This document shows positions 51,012-59,932 of a DNA stretch of 64,000 nucleotides, piece by piece (within the stretch, counting starts at the first letter, position 1; each line of letters begins with the position of its first letter). A program made the translations under genes and the position numbers. Source of the stretch: a bacterium. GTDB lineage: Bacteria > Zhuqueibacterota > Zhuqueibacteria > Oceanimicrobiales > Oceanimicrobiaceae. The DNA is taken from positions 1 through 64,000 of the forward strand of contig JBHHXN010000005.1 in NCBI GenBank assembly GCA_046757025.1, read 5' to 3'. The notes beneath the pieces were generated by a model that worked only from the letters and a program-made list of their open reading frames with translations, had not been told where the DNA came from and ran no database searches.

Positions 51012-51893
51012 ATGTCGCAGATTAGAAAAATTTTGAGTACATCATTCATGTCACTTTTATTAGTGATTTGGGGGCTTTTTATGGTGTGTAGCGGACGCGT
51101 GCCAGATGTCAATATTGAAGACGACTTTTCGGATTTTGAAACAGACTCCAACGAAAGTGAAAAAGCGGATCTGATGAACCAACTGGCGCTTTTGGACGAT
51201 GAGCCAACCAATTTGGAAGATGCGCAAAGAAGTGAAATTCTGGAAGCGCTTGGAATCGAAACCAATGGCAGCGGTTCGCGCAGCAAACAAGAAGATGATT
51301 TTTTGACGGAAGAATTGTTCCTGGACCTGGAAGTGGAAATTGCGGAATTAGAGAAAATGTCCAAAAACAAAACCAAAGCCATCGACAGCTTGCGATTGGA
51401 GCTGCAGGAAGCAGACCATCAGATCAATGCCCTGACCAACCTGGTGGACTCACCGTCACCACAATTTGCATCGAAATCGATTTCGGCTCCGCAATATGCC
51501 CAGTCAAATGGCTTTAGCACGGAATATGGCTTGTTTTATCAGGACGCGCTGGACGATGTGTACAGCCACAAGTACACTTCGGCAATTGCTAAATTTAACG
51601 ATATCCTGAAAATGGATGACAAGGAAAATCTGGCCGACAATTGTCAATACTGGATTGGTGAATGTTATTTTGCTATGGGCAATTATGAATTGGCCATTGC
51701 GGAATTCGAAAAAGTTTTTGCCTTCGAAGTGAACAACAAAGCGGACGATGCCCAGTTTATGATCGGCATGGCTTATTTGAAAATTGGGGAAAAACAGTTA
51801 GCTGAAATCGAATTGACTAATTTGCTCACTTACTATGAAAGCAGCGAATACGCTTCCCGCGCTGAACAGCAGCTACTCGACTTAAATATTTAG
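51012..51893 (+). CDS. TPR protein with CpoB/YbgF-like C-terminus
   Basis: N-terminal hydrophobic segment plus Cys, coiled coil, LADNCQYWIGECY, KADDAQF. Confidence 0.7.
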   Translation: MSQIRKILSTSFMSLLLVIWGLFMVCSGRVPDVNIEDDFSDFETDSNESEKADLMNQLALLDDEPTNLEDAQRSEILEALGIETNGSGSRSKQEDDFLTEELFLDLEVEIAELEKMSKNKTKAIDSLRLELQEADHQINALTNLVDSPSPQFASKSISAPQYAQSNGFSTEYGLFYQDALDDVYSHKYTSAIAKFNDILKMDDKENLADNCQYWIGECYFAMGNYELAIAEFEKVFAFEVNNKADDAQFMIGMAYLKIGEKQLAEIELTNLLTYYESSEYASRAEQQLLDLNI

Positions 51894-52048
51894 TGCCTGA
51901 CCGAAAACTCGAAATGCGCGATATAAAAATCAAGTATGCGAAAGCGTCCCTTTGACAAAGTTCAGGACGGTGCCCGCCGAACTATGCTGGGATTCACCCT
52001 CAGCCACGAGGCCTTCAGCTAAGAGAGCGATCGTTTTCCGCCAGACAC
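51893..52048. mobile_element. Family-F MITE-like element (copy F2)
   Basis: GTGCCTGACCGAAAA ... TTTTCCGCCAGACAC; flanks TATTTA/TCTTTA. Confidence 0.75.
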
Positions 52049-52881
52049 TCTTTAACTGTTTTGCCATGAATCCGAAGTTCCAGAGAACGCGCCAATCACC
52101 ACCATGATAAAATAGGCTTCAGCCTGAGTGGAGTCGAAGGCTATTTTTCAACTGGTCAATCATATTTGTAATCTGAGATTTTCCCGCGTAATTAACCTGA
52201 AACTACCTTGTAGCCCTGCAATTGAGGTAAAACCCGCCGCGCTTTTCCAGCGCACGCTTTTGATTCAACAATTCTTTTTAAACCTAAATTGAGAGATTGA
52301 GCCTTGAATTTATTCCCAGCGCGGAGAAGCCGCAAATGTTTAAATGACTTGCTTTGTTGTGGTTCAAACCAAGGTGCGATTATCAGCAGTCATTAAGCTT
52401 CGCTGTCATTGACAGAGGGAGATTTTTGCCGCTGTCTAAAATAACGCCAAAGGCAAATGACCTGATGACTTTATGACGGGTCGTGTCATTCGCTTCACAT
52501 CATTTAGCCATTTTCTTGTAAAAAGTGCAAATGTTCAGAAGTAATACTAGAAATGGGTGAGACGTTTGCAGGAAATGTATTAATCTGGTTGTTCATACCT
52601 CCGGCAAAAGGAAGCTTGAACACAGAGCCTTCTCCCCTCAGAATCGTTCAATTTTGGTTAGCTACAAATTTTTTGCGCTAAACAGTTTGTTGTCAACTCG
52701 AAGTATTCACAGAGAATGGGGATTGGCGCTGCCAAAACTGGTTTGTGGAAAAGACAGGGAGCGCACTCCTTTTGAATTTCTATTTCACTCTATTTGTGAA
52801 AAAATCGGCGGGTGAAAAAAAATATTGATATTTTTATTTTTCTGTTGTTGAAAATGCCAACGGAATTTATTATATTAGCTC

Positions 52882-55800
52882 ATGCCTCAATTTATTCATC
52901 TCCATAATCATTCTCACTACAGTTTGCTCGACGGGGCTTGCAAGATCGAAGACCTGATAAAAGCAGCACAGGAAACCGGCATGCCGGCGCTGGCGCTAAC
53001 TGATCACGGCAATATGTTCGGGGCCATTGAATTCTACAAAAAGGCCCGCAGCAAAGGTCTCAAACCCATCATCGGGGTGGAAACGTATGTGGCGCCGGGC
53101 AGCAGAAAGGAGAAAAAATCTACCAAAGGCATTTCCGATACGTCTTACCATCTTGTGCTTCTGGCGAAAAATAAAGAGGGCTATCAAAATTTAATGCGCC
53201 TGGTGTCTATCGGCTATCTCGAAGGATTTTACTATCGACCCCGTATCGATAAAGAGGTGCTGCAGAAGTACAGTCAGGGTTTGATTGCCATGTCGGCCTG
53301 TTTGAAAGGCGAAGTGCCGTATAAATTGTTGAAATACGATTACGATACCGCCAAAAAAGCCGCCCTTGAATATCAGAACATATTTAAGGACGATTACTAT
53401 CTGGAAATTCAGAATCACGGCATAAAAAAAGAAGACCTGGCGCGCGAGGGCATTTATGCTTTGAGCCAGGAATTGAGCATCCCCCTGGTTGCCACCAACG
53501 ATATTCATTATTTGAAAAGAGAACACTGCTCTCCCCACGACGTACTCATCTGTTTGCAAACCGGCAAGGACCGTGACGATCCGAAACGCTTGCGTTACAC
53601 GACGGATCAAATCTATTTCAAAACGCAGGAAGAAATGGCGCAAACCTTTGCGCAGTATTCCGAAGCCATCAGCATCACCGCGGACATCGCAGACAAATGC
53701 AATCTGGAATTTGACTTCAAAGTCACGCACTTGCCAAAATTTGAAATTCCGGCCGACGCTGAACAAACGACGTTAGAAGATTATTTAGAATACCTGACCT
53801 TTCAGGGCGCCCGGGAAAGATTTGATGAGATCACACCAGAAATTGAAGAGCGTTTACGACATGAGCTCGGCATTATCAACAAAATGGGTTACGCTGGCTA
53901 TTTTCTCATCGTCATGGATTTCATCAAATATGCGGTGAGTAGGGGCATACCGGTGGGACCGGGCCGCGGATCGGCGGCCGGCAGCCTGGTTTCGTACTGT
54001 CTCGGCATCACCAACATTGAACCGTTAAAATATAATCTCATTTTCGAGCGGTTTTTAAATCCCGAAAGGGTGACCATGCCGGACATCGACATCGATTTTT
54101 GTTATGAGCGGCGCGAAGAAATCATCGAATATGTCAAGAAAAAGTACGGTGAAAAAAACGTAACCCAGATCATCACTTTCGGCACCATGGCGGCGCGTGC
54201 GGTCATTCGGGACGTGGGCCGGGTGTTGAAAATCAGCTTCGGCGATGTGGACCGCATCGCAAAAATGATTCCCGCATCTCCGAACATGACGCTGGAGAAA
54301 GCGCGTAATTCCATCACGGAGTTCAAAAAAATCAGCGAACAGGATGAAATTCACAAACAACTAATCGAATATTCCAATGTTCTGGAAGGCCTGGCCCGGC
54401 ACGCTTCCACGCACGCGGCGGGAGTGGTCATTACACCGGATGAGCTGACGAACTACACTCCGCTCTACAAATCCAGCCAAGGGGATGTGACCACGCAATA
54501 CGACATGAAATGCCTGGAAAATATCGGTGTATTGAAAATGGATTTTCTGGGTTTGCGAACCCTCACCGTCATCGATAAAACCATCAAATCCCTGGAAGCA
54601 AAAGGCATCCACGTCGATATCAACAAAATCGATCTGGAAGATCCAAATGTGTACGAGATATTTTCTCGTGGGGAAACAGTAGGAATCTTTCAGTTTGAAA
54701 GTTCCGGCATGCGGGAGTATTTGCGCAAACTGCGGCCGCAAGCGTTCGAAGATTTGATCGCCATGAACGCGCTTTATCGCCCTGGCCCCATGGATTGGAT
54801 CGACGATTTTATTCAGCGCAGAAACGGACAGAAAAAAATCGAATATGTGCATCCCATGCTCGAGCCCATTTTGAAAGAAACGTACGGCATCATTGTGTAC
54901 CAGGAACAGGTGATGCGAATCGCCAGCGCACTAGCAGGCTTTAGCATGGGCAAAGCGGATTTGCTGCGCCGCGCCATGGGCAAAAAAGATCCTGAGCTCA
55001 TGGCCGAGCAGCGCTCTTTATTCCTCGAAGGGTGCGCAAAAAACAACATTTCCAAAAACCTGGCCAATCAGATATTTGATTTGATGGACAAATTCGCGGG
55101 TTACGGGTTTGTGAAACCGCACTCCACTTGTTATGCCCTGGTTGCCTTTCAAACCGCCTACTTGAAGCGGTTTTATCCGGCTGAATTTATGGCAGCCACG
55201 CTTTCCAGTGAAATGGGCACAACCAAACGCGTGGTGATTTTACTGGAAGAATGCAAGCGAATGGGATTAAGTGTGTTACCGCCTGATGTGAATCAAAGTC
55301 ACGCGGATTTTATCGCCAGAGATAACGGCATTCATTTCGGTTTAGGGGCGGTTAAAAATGTGGGTAAAAATGCCATCGAATCCATTGTCAGCGCTCGGGA
55401 GGAAGGAGGTCCGTTTACAAAAATTTTCGAGCTGTGTGAACGCATCGATTCGCGACTGGTAAACAAGAAGGTGCTGGAAAGTCTAATTCAGGCCGGCGCC
55501 ATGGATCAGCTCGAAGGCCACCGGGCACAAAAAATGCTCTGTGTTGAACAAGCCATCGGTTTCGCTCAAAGTACCCTGAAAAATAAAATGAACGGCCAGA
55601 CGGGTCTGTTTGATAACGATGACCCGTCCAATGCACAATATCCTCCCTTACCCACGGTGCCACAGTGGAGCAAATCCGAAGCACTTACTCGTGAGAAAGA
55701 AATTTTAGGATTTTATCTTTCCGGGCATCCGCTAGATAAATTTCAGGACGAAGTCCAAATTTTTGCTACCGCACACCTCAACGAATTGGACGAATTGAAG

Positions 55801-56307
55801 GACGGGAAAGAGGTTAAAGTTTGCGGAATAGTGACCGAATGTAAAAATATCCTGGACAGGAAAAATAAACCCATGGCTTTTTTAACTTTGGAAGATTTTT
55901 ATGGCGCCGCAGAAGTCATTGTATTTTCCAAAATATATGAAAAATATCGCGAACTTTTGGCGCCGGATTCCATGGTGGTGGTGTCGGGTCGCCTGAATAC
56001 CAGAGAAGAAGGCGAAACCAAAATATTGTGCGACGAAGTGGTGGCCCTTCAAGATGTCTGGAATCATTATGCCAACAATTTACATCTTAACATGGAAGTG
56101 ATGGGCGTGGACGATCCGATTTTAAATCAGGTCAATGAAATTCTGGTCGATAATCCGGGTAAATGCAATTTGTTCATAAATTTGAAAACGTCAAAAGAAC
56201 ATCTCAAAATCATTAAATCCAAAAAAATAAAAGTCAATCCTGCCCCCGATGTTATCATGAAATTGCGTTCACTGTTGGGGCAGGAAAACGTTTGGATGGA
56301 AGGTTAA
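52882..56307 (+). CDS. dnaE: DNA polymerase III alpha subunit
   Basis: HLHNHSHYSLLDG PHP domain, GPGRGSAAGS, MPDIDIDF, KMDFLGL, OB fold; no intein. Confidence 0.98.
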   Translation: MPQFIHLHNHSHYSLLDGACKIEDLIKAAQETGMPALALTDHGNMFGAIEFYKKARSKGLKPIIGVETYVAPGSRKEKKSTKGISDTSYHLVLLAKNKEGYQNLMRLVSIGYLEGFYYRPRIDKEVLQKYSQGLIAMSACLKGEVPYKLLKYDYDTAKKAALEYQNIFKDDYYLEIQNHGIKKEDLAREGIYALSQELSIPLVATNDIHYLKREHCSPHDVLICLQTGKDRDDPKRLRYTTDQIYFKTQEEMAQTFAQYSEAISITADIADKCNLEFDFKVTHLPKFEIPADAEQTTLEDYLEYLTFQGARERFDEITPEIEERLRHELGIINKMGYAGYFLIVMDFIKYAVSRGIPVGPGRGSAAGSLVSYCLGITNIEPLKYNLIFERFLNPERVTMPDIDIDFCYERREEIIEYVKKKYGEKNVTQIITFGTMAARAVIRDVGRVLKISFGDVDRIAKMIPASPNMTLEKARNSITEFKKISEQDEIHKQLIEYSNVLEGLARHASTHAAGVVITPDELTNYTPLYKSSQGDVTTQYDMKCLENIGVLKMDFLGLRTLTVIDKTIKSLEAKGIHVDINKIDLEDPNVYEIFSRGETVGIFQFESSGMREYLRKLRPQAFEDLIAMNALYRPGPMDWIDDFIQRRNGQKKIEYVHPMLEPILKETYGIIVYQEQVMRIASALAGFSMGKADLLRRAMGKKDPELMAEQRSLFLEGCAKNNISKNLANQIFDLMDKFAGYGFVKPHSTCYALVAFQTAYLKRFYPAEFMAATLSSEMGTTKRVVILLEECKRMGLSVLPPDVNQSHADFIARDNGIHFGLGAVKNVGKNAIESIVSAREEGGPFTKIFELCERIDSRLVNKKVLESLIQAGAMDQLEGHRAQKMLCVEQAIGFAQSTLKNKMNGQTGLFDNDDPSNAQYPPLPTVPQWSKSEALTREKEILGFYLSGHPLDKFQDEVQIFATAHLNELDELKDGKEVKVCGIVTECKNILDRKNKPMAFLTLEDFYGAAEVIVFSKIYEKYRELLAPDSMVVVSGRLNTREEGETKILCDEVVALQDVWNHYANNLHLNMEVMGVDDPILNQVNEILVDNPGKCNLFINLKTSKEHLKIIKSKKIKVNPAPDVIMKLRSLLGQENVWMEG

Positions 56308-56355
56308 ATAAAATAATCAACACAATAATTGTCATTCATTGGAAAGGAGTGGGAC

Positions 56356-56946
56356 ATGGAGAAATTAATCGAACGCGTTAAGTCCATTTTGTTATCACCA
56401 AAGGATGCTTTAACTGCTGTCAAGTCTGAAGAAATGACGGTTGTAGAAACCATGAAGGAATATGTGGCGATTCTGGCTGCGATTCCGGCTGCGGCACAAT
56501 TCATCGGATTTGCGCTTGTTGGGTTACCAATTGTCGGTCGTTATAACTTTGGCCGATCTTTGCTGTTTGCTATCATTTCTTATATATTGTCATTGGTTAG
56601 TGTGATTGTCGTTGGAAAAGTGATCAATGCATTAGCCCCCAGTTTTAAAGCGGTTAAAAATGATTCAAATGCCTTTAAATTAGCGGTATATTCTCTAACC
56701 CCAGCCTTTGTTGCCGGTATTTTTAATGCCATTCCCAGCTTATCGGTGTTAGCCTTTTTAGGCTCTTTATACGGGATTTACATTTTGTACATTGGTTTGC
56801 CCATTTTAATGGACGTGCCAGAAGAAAAGGCGATCGCTTATACGGTCGTCACTTTAATCGTCGTGATGCTGGTGATGATTTTTGTCTATTTCATCGCTGG
56901 TGCCATTGCCTGGGGTGGCGGCGGCGGGCCGGGTAGAATGTTTTAA
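56356..56946 (+). CDS. Yip1 family membrane protein
   Basis: RVKSILLSPK, YSLTPAFVAG, LYGIYILYIGLPILM; start adjusted after SD AAGGAG. Confidence 0.88.
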   Translation: MEKLIERVKSILLSPKDALTAVKSEEMTVVETMKEYVAILAAIPAAAQFIGFALVGLPIVGRYNFGRSLLFAIISYILSLVSVIVVGKVINALAPSFKAVKNDSNAFKLAVYSLTPAFVAGIFNAIPSLSVLAFLGSLYGIYILYIGLPILMDVPEEKAIAYTVVTLIVVMLVMIFVYFIAGAIAWGGGGGPGRMF

Positions 56947-56987
56947 CCGCCTCGCAATTCATTAAAGACTTTTTGAGTGAATTGAAT

Positions 56988-57020
56988 AAAGGGCGCAAAT
57001 GTGATTTTGTGCCCTTTTTT
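56988..57020 (+). terminator. Intrinsic terminator
   Basis: aaagggcgcaaa/tttgtgcccttt plus T-run. Confidence 0.7.
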
Positions 57021-57148
57021 TGTAAGCTCGCCGTTCTGCTTTACTCAAGTTTCGCGCTTAGAGAATTTTAACCTAAACAGAGCGATTTAGCGTTGAATTG
57101 GCCTGTTAACGGGATCTGGTGTTTAGAATCAAAGGTGTTCACGCTTCA

Positions 57149-57325
57149 GAGACTGTGTGAAAAAGTGATATCGCGGCTAAAAACCCAATGCGCCATTATT
57201 GTCATCCAACAACCGCGGGATCTTTTTAATAAACAGCACTTACGTACAAACAAAATACATTCCGACAGCCAGTCCCGCAATGCGCGGAAGACAAACCTGG
57301 AGTTTGTGCGTTTTCACACAATCTG
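57149..57325. mobile_element. MITE-like element with IS1182-like ends (family G)
   Basis: TIR GAGACTGTGTGAAAA / TTTTCACACAATCTG (13/15); 4-bp direct repeat TTCA on both sides. Confidence 0.75.
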
Positions 57326-57500
57326 TTCAGCGTGTTTCTCCCCACGCACTCCGGCACATTGAAATGCACCTCGATGATGAATCCCTCGGTTTGGCTTATA
57401 AACTTTTCTGCCAGATTACCGCTTTGTAATTTCTATCCAATCATCCGCAGCGTATTCTGTATTCCGTAATCCATATTCATTTCAAAGTTCCTATTCACAC

Positions 57501-57629
57501 GTTACATAAACGTAATACCATTTTGTTACCCTATGGTAATATCGCATAGAATTAATTTCAATAAAACCTCATTAGCTTTTATTTATTAAACAGATAGCAT
57601 AATTGGTTAAAAGTGGTACAAGCTTTGCT
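57501..57629 (+). promoter_or_regulatory. sigma54 promoter with two upstream palindromic sites
   Basis: TGGTAC-N5-TTGCT at 57614-57629; GTTAC-N6-GTAAT at 57501-57516 and 57525-57540. Confidence 0.6.
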
Positions 57630-57698
57630 TTGAAGCTCCACGGAGAAATCATAATGATCTTCATTGAAAAATCACCAAGACTCATGAGGGCTGAAATC

Positions 57699-58664
57699 AT
57701 GAAAACACGGATGCTTGCTTGCCTGATTTTAGGCGTAGTTATGGTTTCGCCGCTATTTAGCAGCGAAACGGCTGTCATCATCAAAGTGACGGGTTTGTAT
57801 GGAATCATCAACAAAGGTACCAACCAGGGACTGCAAGAAGGCCAAGTATTTTATGTCAAAAGAGCAGTGTCTTCGCAATGGCAGGATGTGGCTAAAGTGA
57901 AAGTGATTCGAACCACCGCCAACCGAGCCGCTGTGGAACAAATCACCCATTCCAGAAAATTTGTCATTCAGAAAGGGGACAAGTTGTTTGCCAACAAGGA
58001 GGTTGTTTTCACGCCGCCGGTTGTGCCGAAGAAAGCGGCGGCGCCACCGACGCCGGTGGTAAACAAGCGGCTAGGAAAAAGGCCTGCAGTCGAACCCATT
58101 ACCGAACCAGTTAATAAACAGAATGATGTGTCCCTTCCGGAGCCGGCTTATACTTATCAACGCAAAAGCTATCTACGGGAACCGTGGGTGAGTCTCAATC
58201 TGGGTTCCATTTTTCCGAGTGGTGAATTAGGGAATGCCATTTCACCCAGCATAAAATTTGGCGCCAGCTACATGGTGTCTACCGGCAACAACTTAAATCT
58301 GGGAATTGAAATCAATCGAACTTTTTTTAGCGGTAGCGAATTAGGTAACAGTAATTTGACCGGCAGCAGCATCGAGTCGTCCTCGATATTGGAAGCCATC
58401 GTGGTGTTTCAAAAATACTTTGGAAATCACTTTTTTATCGAAACCGGCGGCGGCATTTACCGACCCAAAATCAAAACCATTTCGGTGGATAAGATCGAAT
58501 CTAGTTTTTCATCTTCCAATTTTGGCTTGTTTGGCGGAACCGGATTTTTTATCCCCACCAGTAAATATGCCGGATTTACTTTGAAAGGCAGAATGCACAA
58601 CTACTTTGATGAAACCACCAAGCAGTATTTCGGTTTGAGTGGCGGTTTTCGTTTTAAAATGTAA
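57699..58664 (+). CDS. Exported protein: FlgT-C-like N-domain, Pro-rich linker, small outer-membrane beta-barrel
   Basis: INKGTNQGLQEG; PPVVPKKAAAPPTP linker; amphipathic strands ending YFGLSGGFRFKM; start adjusted. Confidence 0.6.
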   Translation: MKTRMLACLILGVVMVSPLFSSETAVIIKVTGLYGIINKGTNQGLQEGQVFYVKRAVSSQWQDVAKVKVIRTTANRAAVEQITHSRKFVIQKGDKLFANKEVVFTPPVVPKKAAAPPTPVVNKRLGKRPAVEPITEPVNKQNDVSLPEPAYTYQRKSYLREPWVSLNLGSIFPSGELGNAISPSIKFGASYMVSTGNNLNLGIEINRTFFSGSELGNSNLTGSSIESSSILEAIVVFQKYFGNHFFIETGGGIYRPKIKTISVDKIESSFSSSNFGLFGGTGFFIPTSKYAGFTLKGRMHNYFDETTKQYFGLSGGFRFKM

Positions 58665-58811
58665 CAGATTGTGGTAAAAAAAATCTGGCCTCGGCAGTTG
58701 CTGGGGTCAGGCGAGATGCAGGATCAATAAAATACCGAGGCCAAAATTAATAAGGAGGAATTCTTTTACAAAAGTTATCGACGGCTATTTGAAAACCTGA
58801 AGTTTTTTTTT

Positions 58812-58933
58812 GAGGGGCGGCCCAATAAAAACTCGCCACGGATCATCTCGGCATAATAGTAGTTTAGACGATTTGTTTAATCAGAGCTTATCCCTGATTA
58901 AAATAACGGAAATGGATTTTTGGGCTGCCCCTT
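58812..58933. mobile_element. Small MITE-like element (family I)
   Basis: aggggcggcccaa / ttgggctgcccct inverted repeat, T-runs on both sides. Confidence 0.55.
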
Positions 58934-58948
58934 TTTTGATTAAAAAAG

Positions 58949-59132
58949 GTAACTATTCTGCCGGGGTTGTCATTCTCAGCGCAAATTTCGGGTTCTTTGC
59001 TCATCTCCACGGATACGGATGTGCGAAGAATCTCTTAGCCGGTTCGCAGGATGCTTCGCGCAGATACTTCCGCTGTGATGCTGCACATTTGTGAGTTTGC
59101 GCTCAGCATGACGGTTTAGGCTGAACAGTTAT
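58949..59132. mobile_element. Family-C MITE-like element with REP-like core
   Basis: TIR GTAACTATTCTGCC / GGCTGAACAGTTAT; TAAAAAA on both flanks; inner gtcattctcagcgc..gcgctcagcatgac. Confidence 0.7.
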
Positions 59133-59139
59133 TAAAAAA

Positions 59140-59346
59140 TTAACATTTCTCACTTCGTGACGTGATTCATAAACCAACTGTTAATTAAGAGGTTACTGAT
59201 TGTTCTACTTTCACCCTGAGCGGAGTCGAAGGGTGACTAGTTCTGGATGTAATTCATGCTTCGACTCCGCTCAGCATGAAGTGAACCTGTCGTATCTAAT
59301 TATTTAATATGAACATAGTTTCATAACTTAAAGTGAGAAATGTTAG
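59140..59346. mobile_element. Family-D MITE-like element with REP-like core
   Basis: Perfect 15-bp IR TAACATTTCTCACTT/AAGTGAGAAATGTTA; TAAAAAA direct repeats; inner ctgagcggagtcgaag / cttcgactccgctcag pair as in family B. Confidence 0.8.
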
Positions 59347-59366
59347 TAAAAAAGTTTAAATTATTT

Positions 59367-59805
59367 GTAACGATTCAGTTGTTAGCTATCATTCCTGCGA
59401 ATGCAGGAATCTCCTCCGACATCCATTGAAACAAGTTCAGCGTACAAGTCTTGCCATTCTGGATACATTTCTCGAGGGTCATTTATTCATGATTTTTTCC
59501 CGAGTTGTCATGGCAGTACTATCGGATGTTTGTTGAAACCACACCAGCTTGTGGCAATGGTGGTTTTTATTAAATCCCTGGCTCAATCCCTTTTTGTGTT
59601 CATCTACACGTTAAAAAAGGTTGTTCGTAACCTGATGTCAAGTGCGTTGTTATGTTTGTTTGACAATATGTACAATTATTAGTTTTCCATAATTCTTATA
59701 CCTGAATTTGTTTCACTTGATTGAACCAGAAAGAATTCTTTTCTGACTTTTGTCCATTGAATCGGGAGACTCCTGCATTCGCAGGAGTGACACCTGAGTA
59801 GCTCC
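59367..59805. mobile_element. Composite element: family-C-like TIRs, inverted REP-like hairpins and GIY-YIG pseudogene
   Basis: Ends GTAACGATTCAG/CTGAGTAGCTCC (8/12); flanks AATTATTT/ATTTATTT; 28-nt inverted hairpins at 59387-59414 and 59765-59792. Confidence 0.7.
59430..59690 (-). pseudogene. Decayed GIY-YIG nuclease (UPF0213/YhbQ-like)
   Basis: Manual translation across stops and frameshifts: MEN**LYILSNKHNNALDI / TNNLF*RVDEHKKGLSQGFNKNHHCHKLVWFQQTSDSTAMTTREKIMNK* / EMYPEWQDLYAEL. Confidence 0.85.
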
Positions 59806-59845
59806 ATTTATTTTAATAAAGTTAAAAAAAACCTGTAATTTTCAC

Positions 59846-59874
59846 TTGACTAAATGTTAAAAATTCCTTATAAT
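59846..59874 (+). promoter_or_regulatory. sigma70-type promoter of the nuo cluster
   Basis: TTGACT-17bp-TATAAT. Confidence 0.7.
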
Positions 59875-59932
59875 GTGCCTTGAAAATTAACCTGCTCGAT
59901 TATGACATACCCACAGACACAAAAGGATTTTT

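Noticed and set aside
22733..56307. Inteins in dnaB, nrdJ or dnaE
   Set aside because: Lengths are normal and motifs contiguous; no intein splice or endonuclease blocks seen.
57093..57480. Short ORFs on both strands
   Set aside because: Span the family-G MITE; no recognisable protein features.
59401..59682. 93-aa plus-strand ORF
   Set aside because: Antisense shadow of the GIY-YIG pseudogene, starting inside a hairpin.
58812..59805. CRISPR array
   Set aside because: Repeats are inverted and heterogeneous with TSDs; no constant repeat-spacer units and no cas genes.
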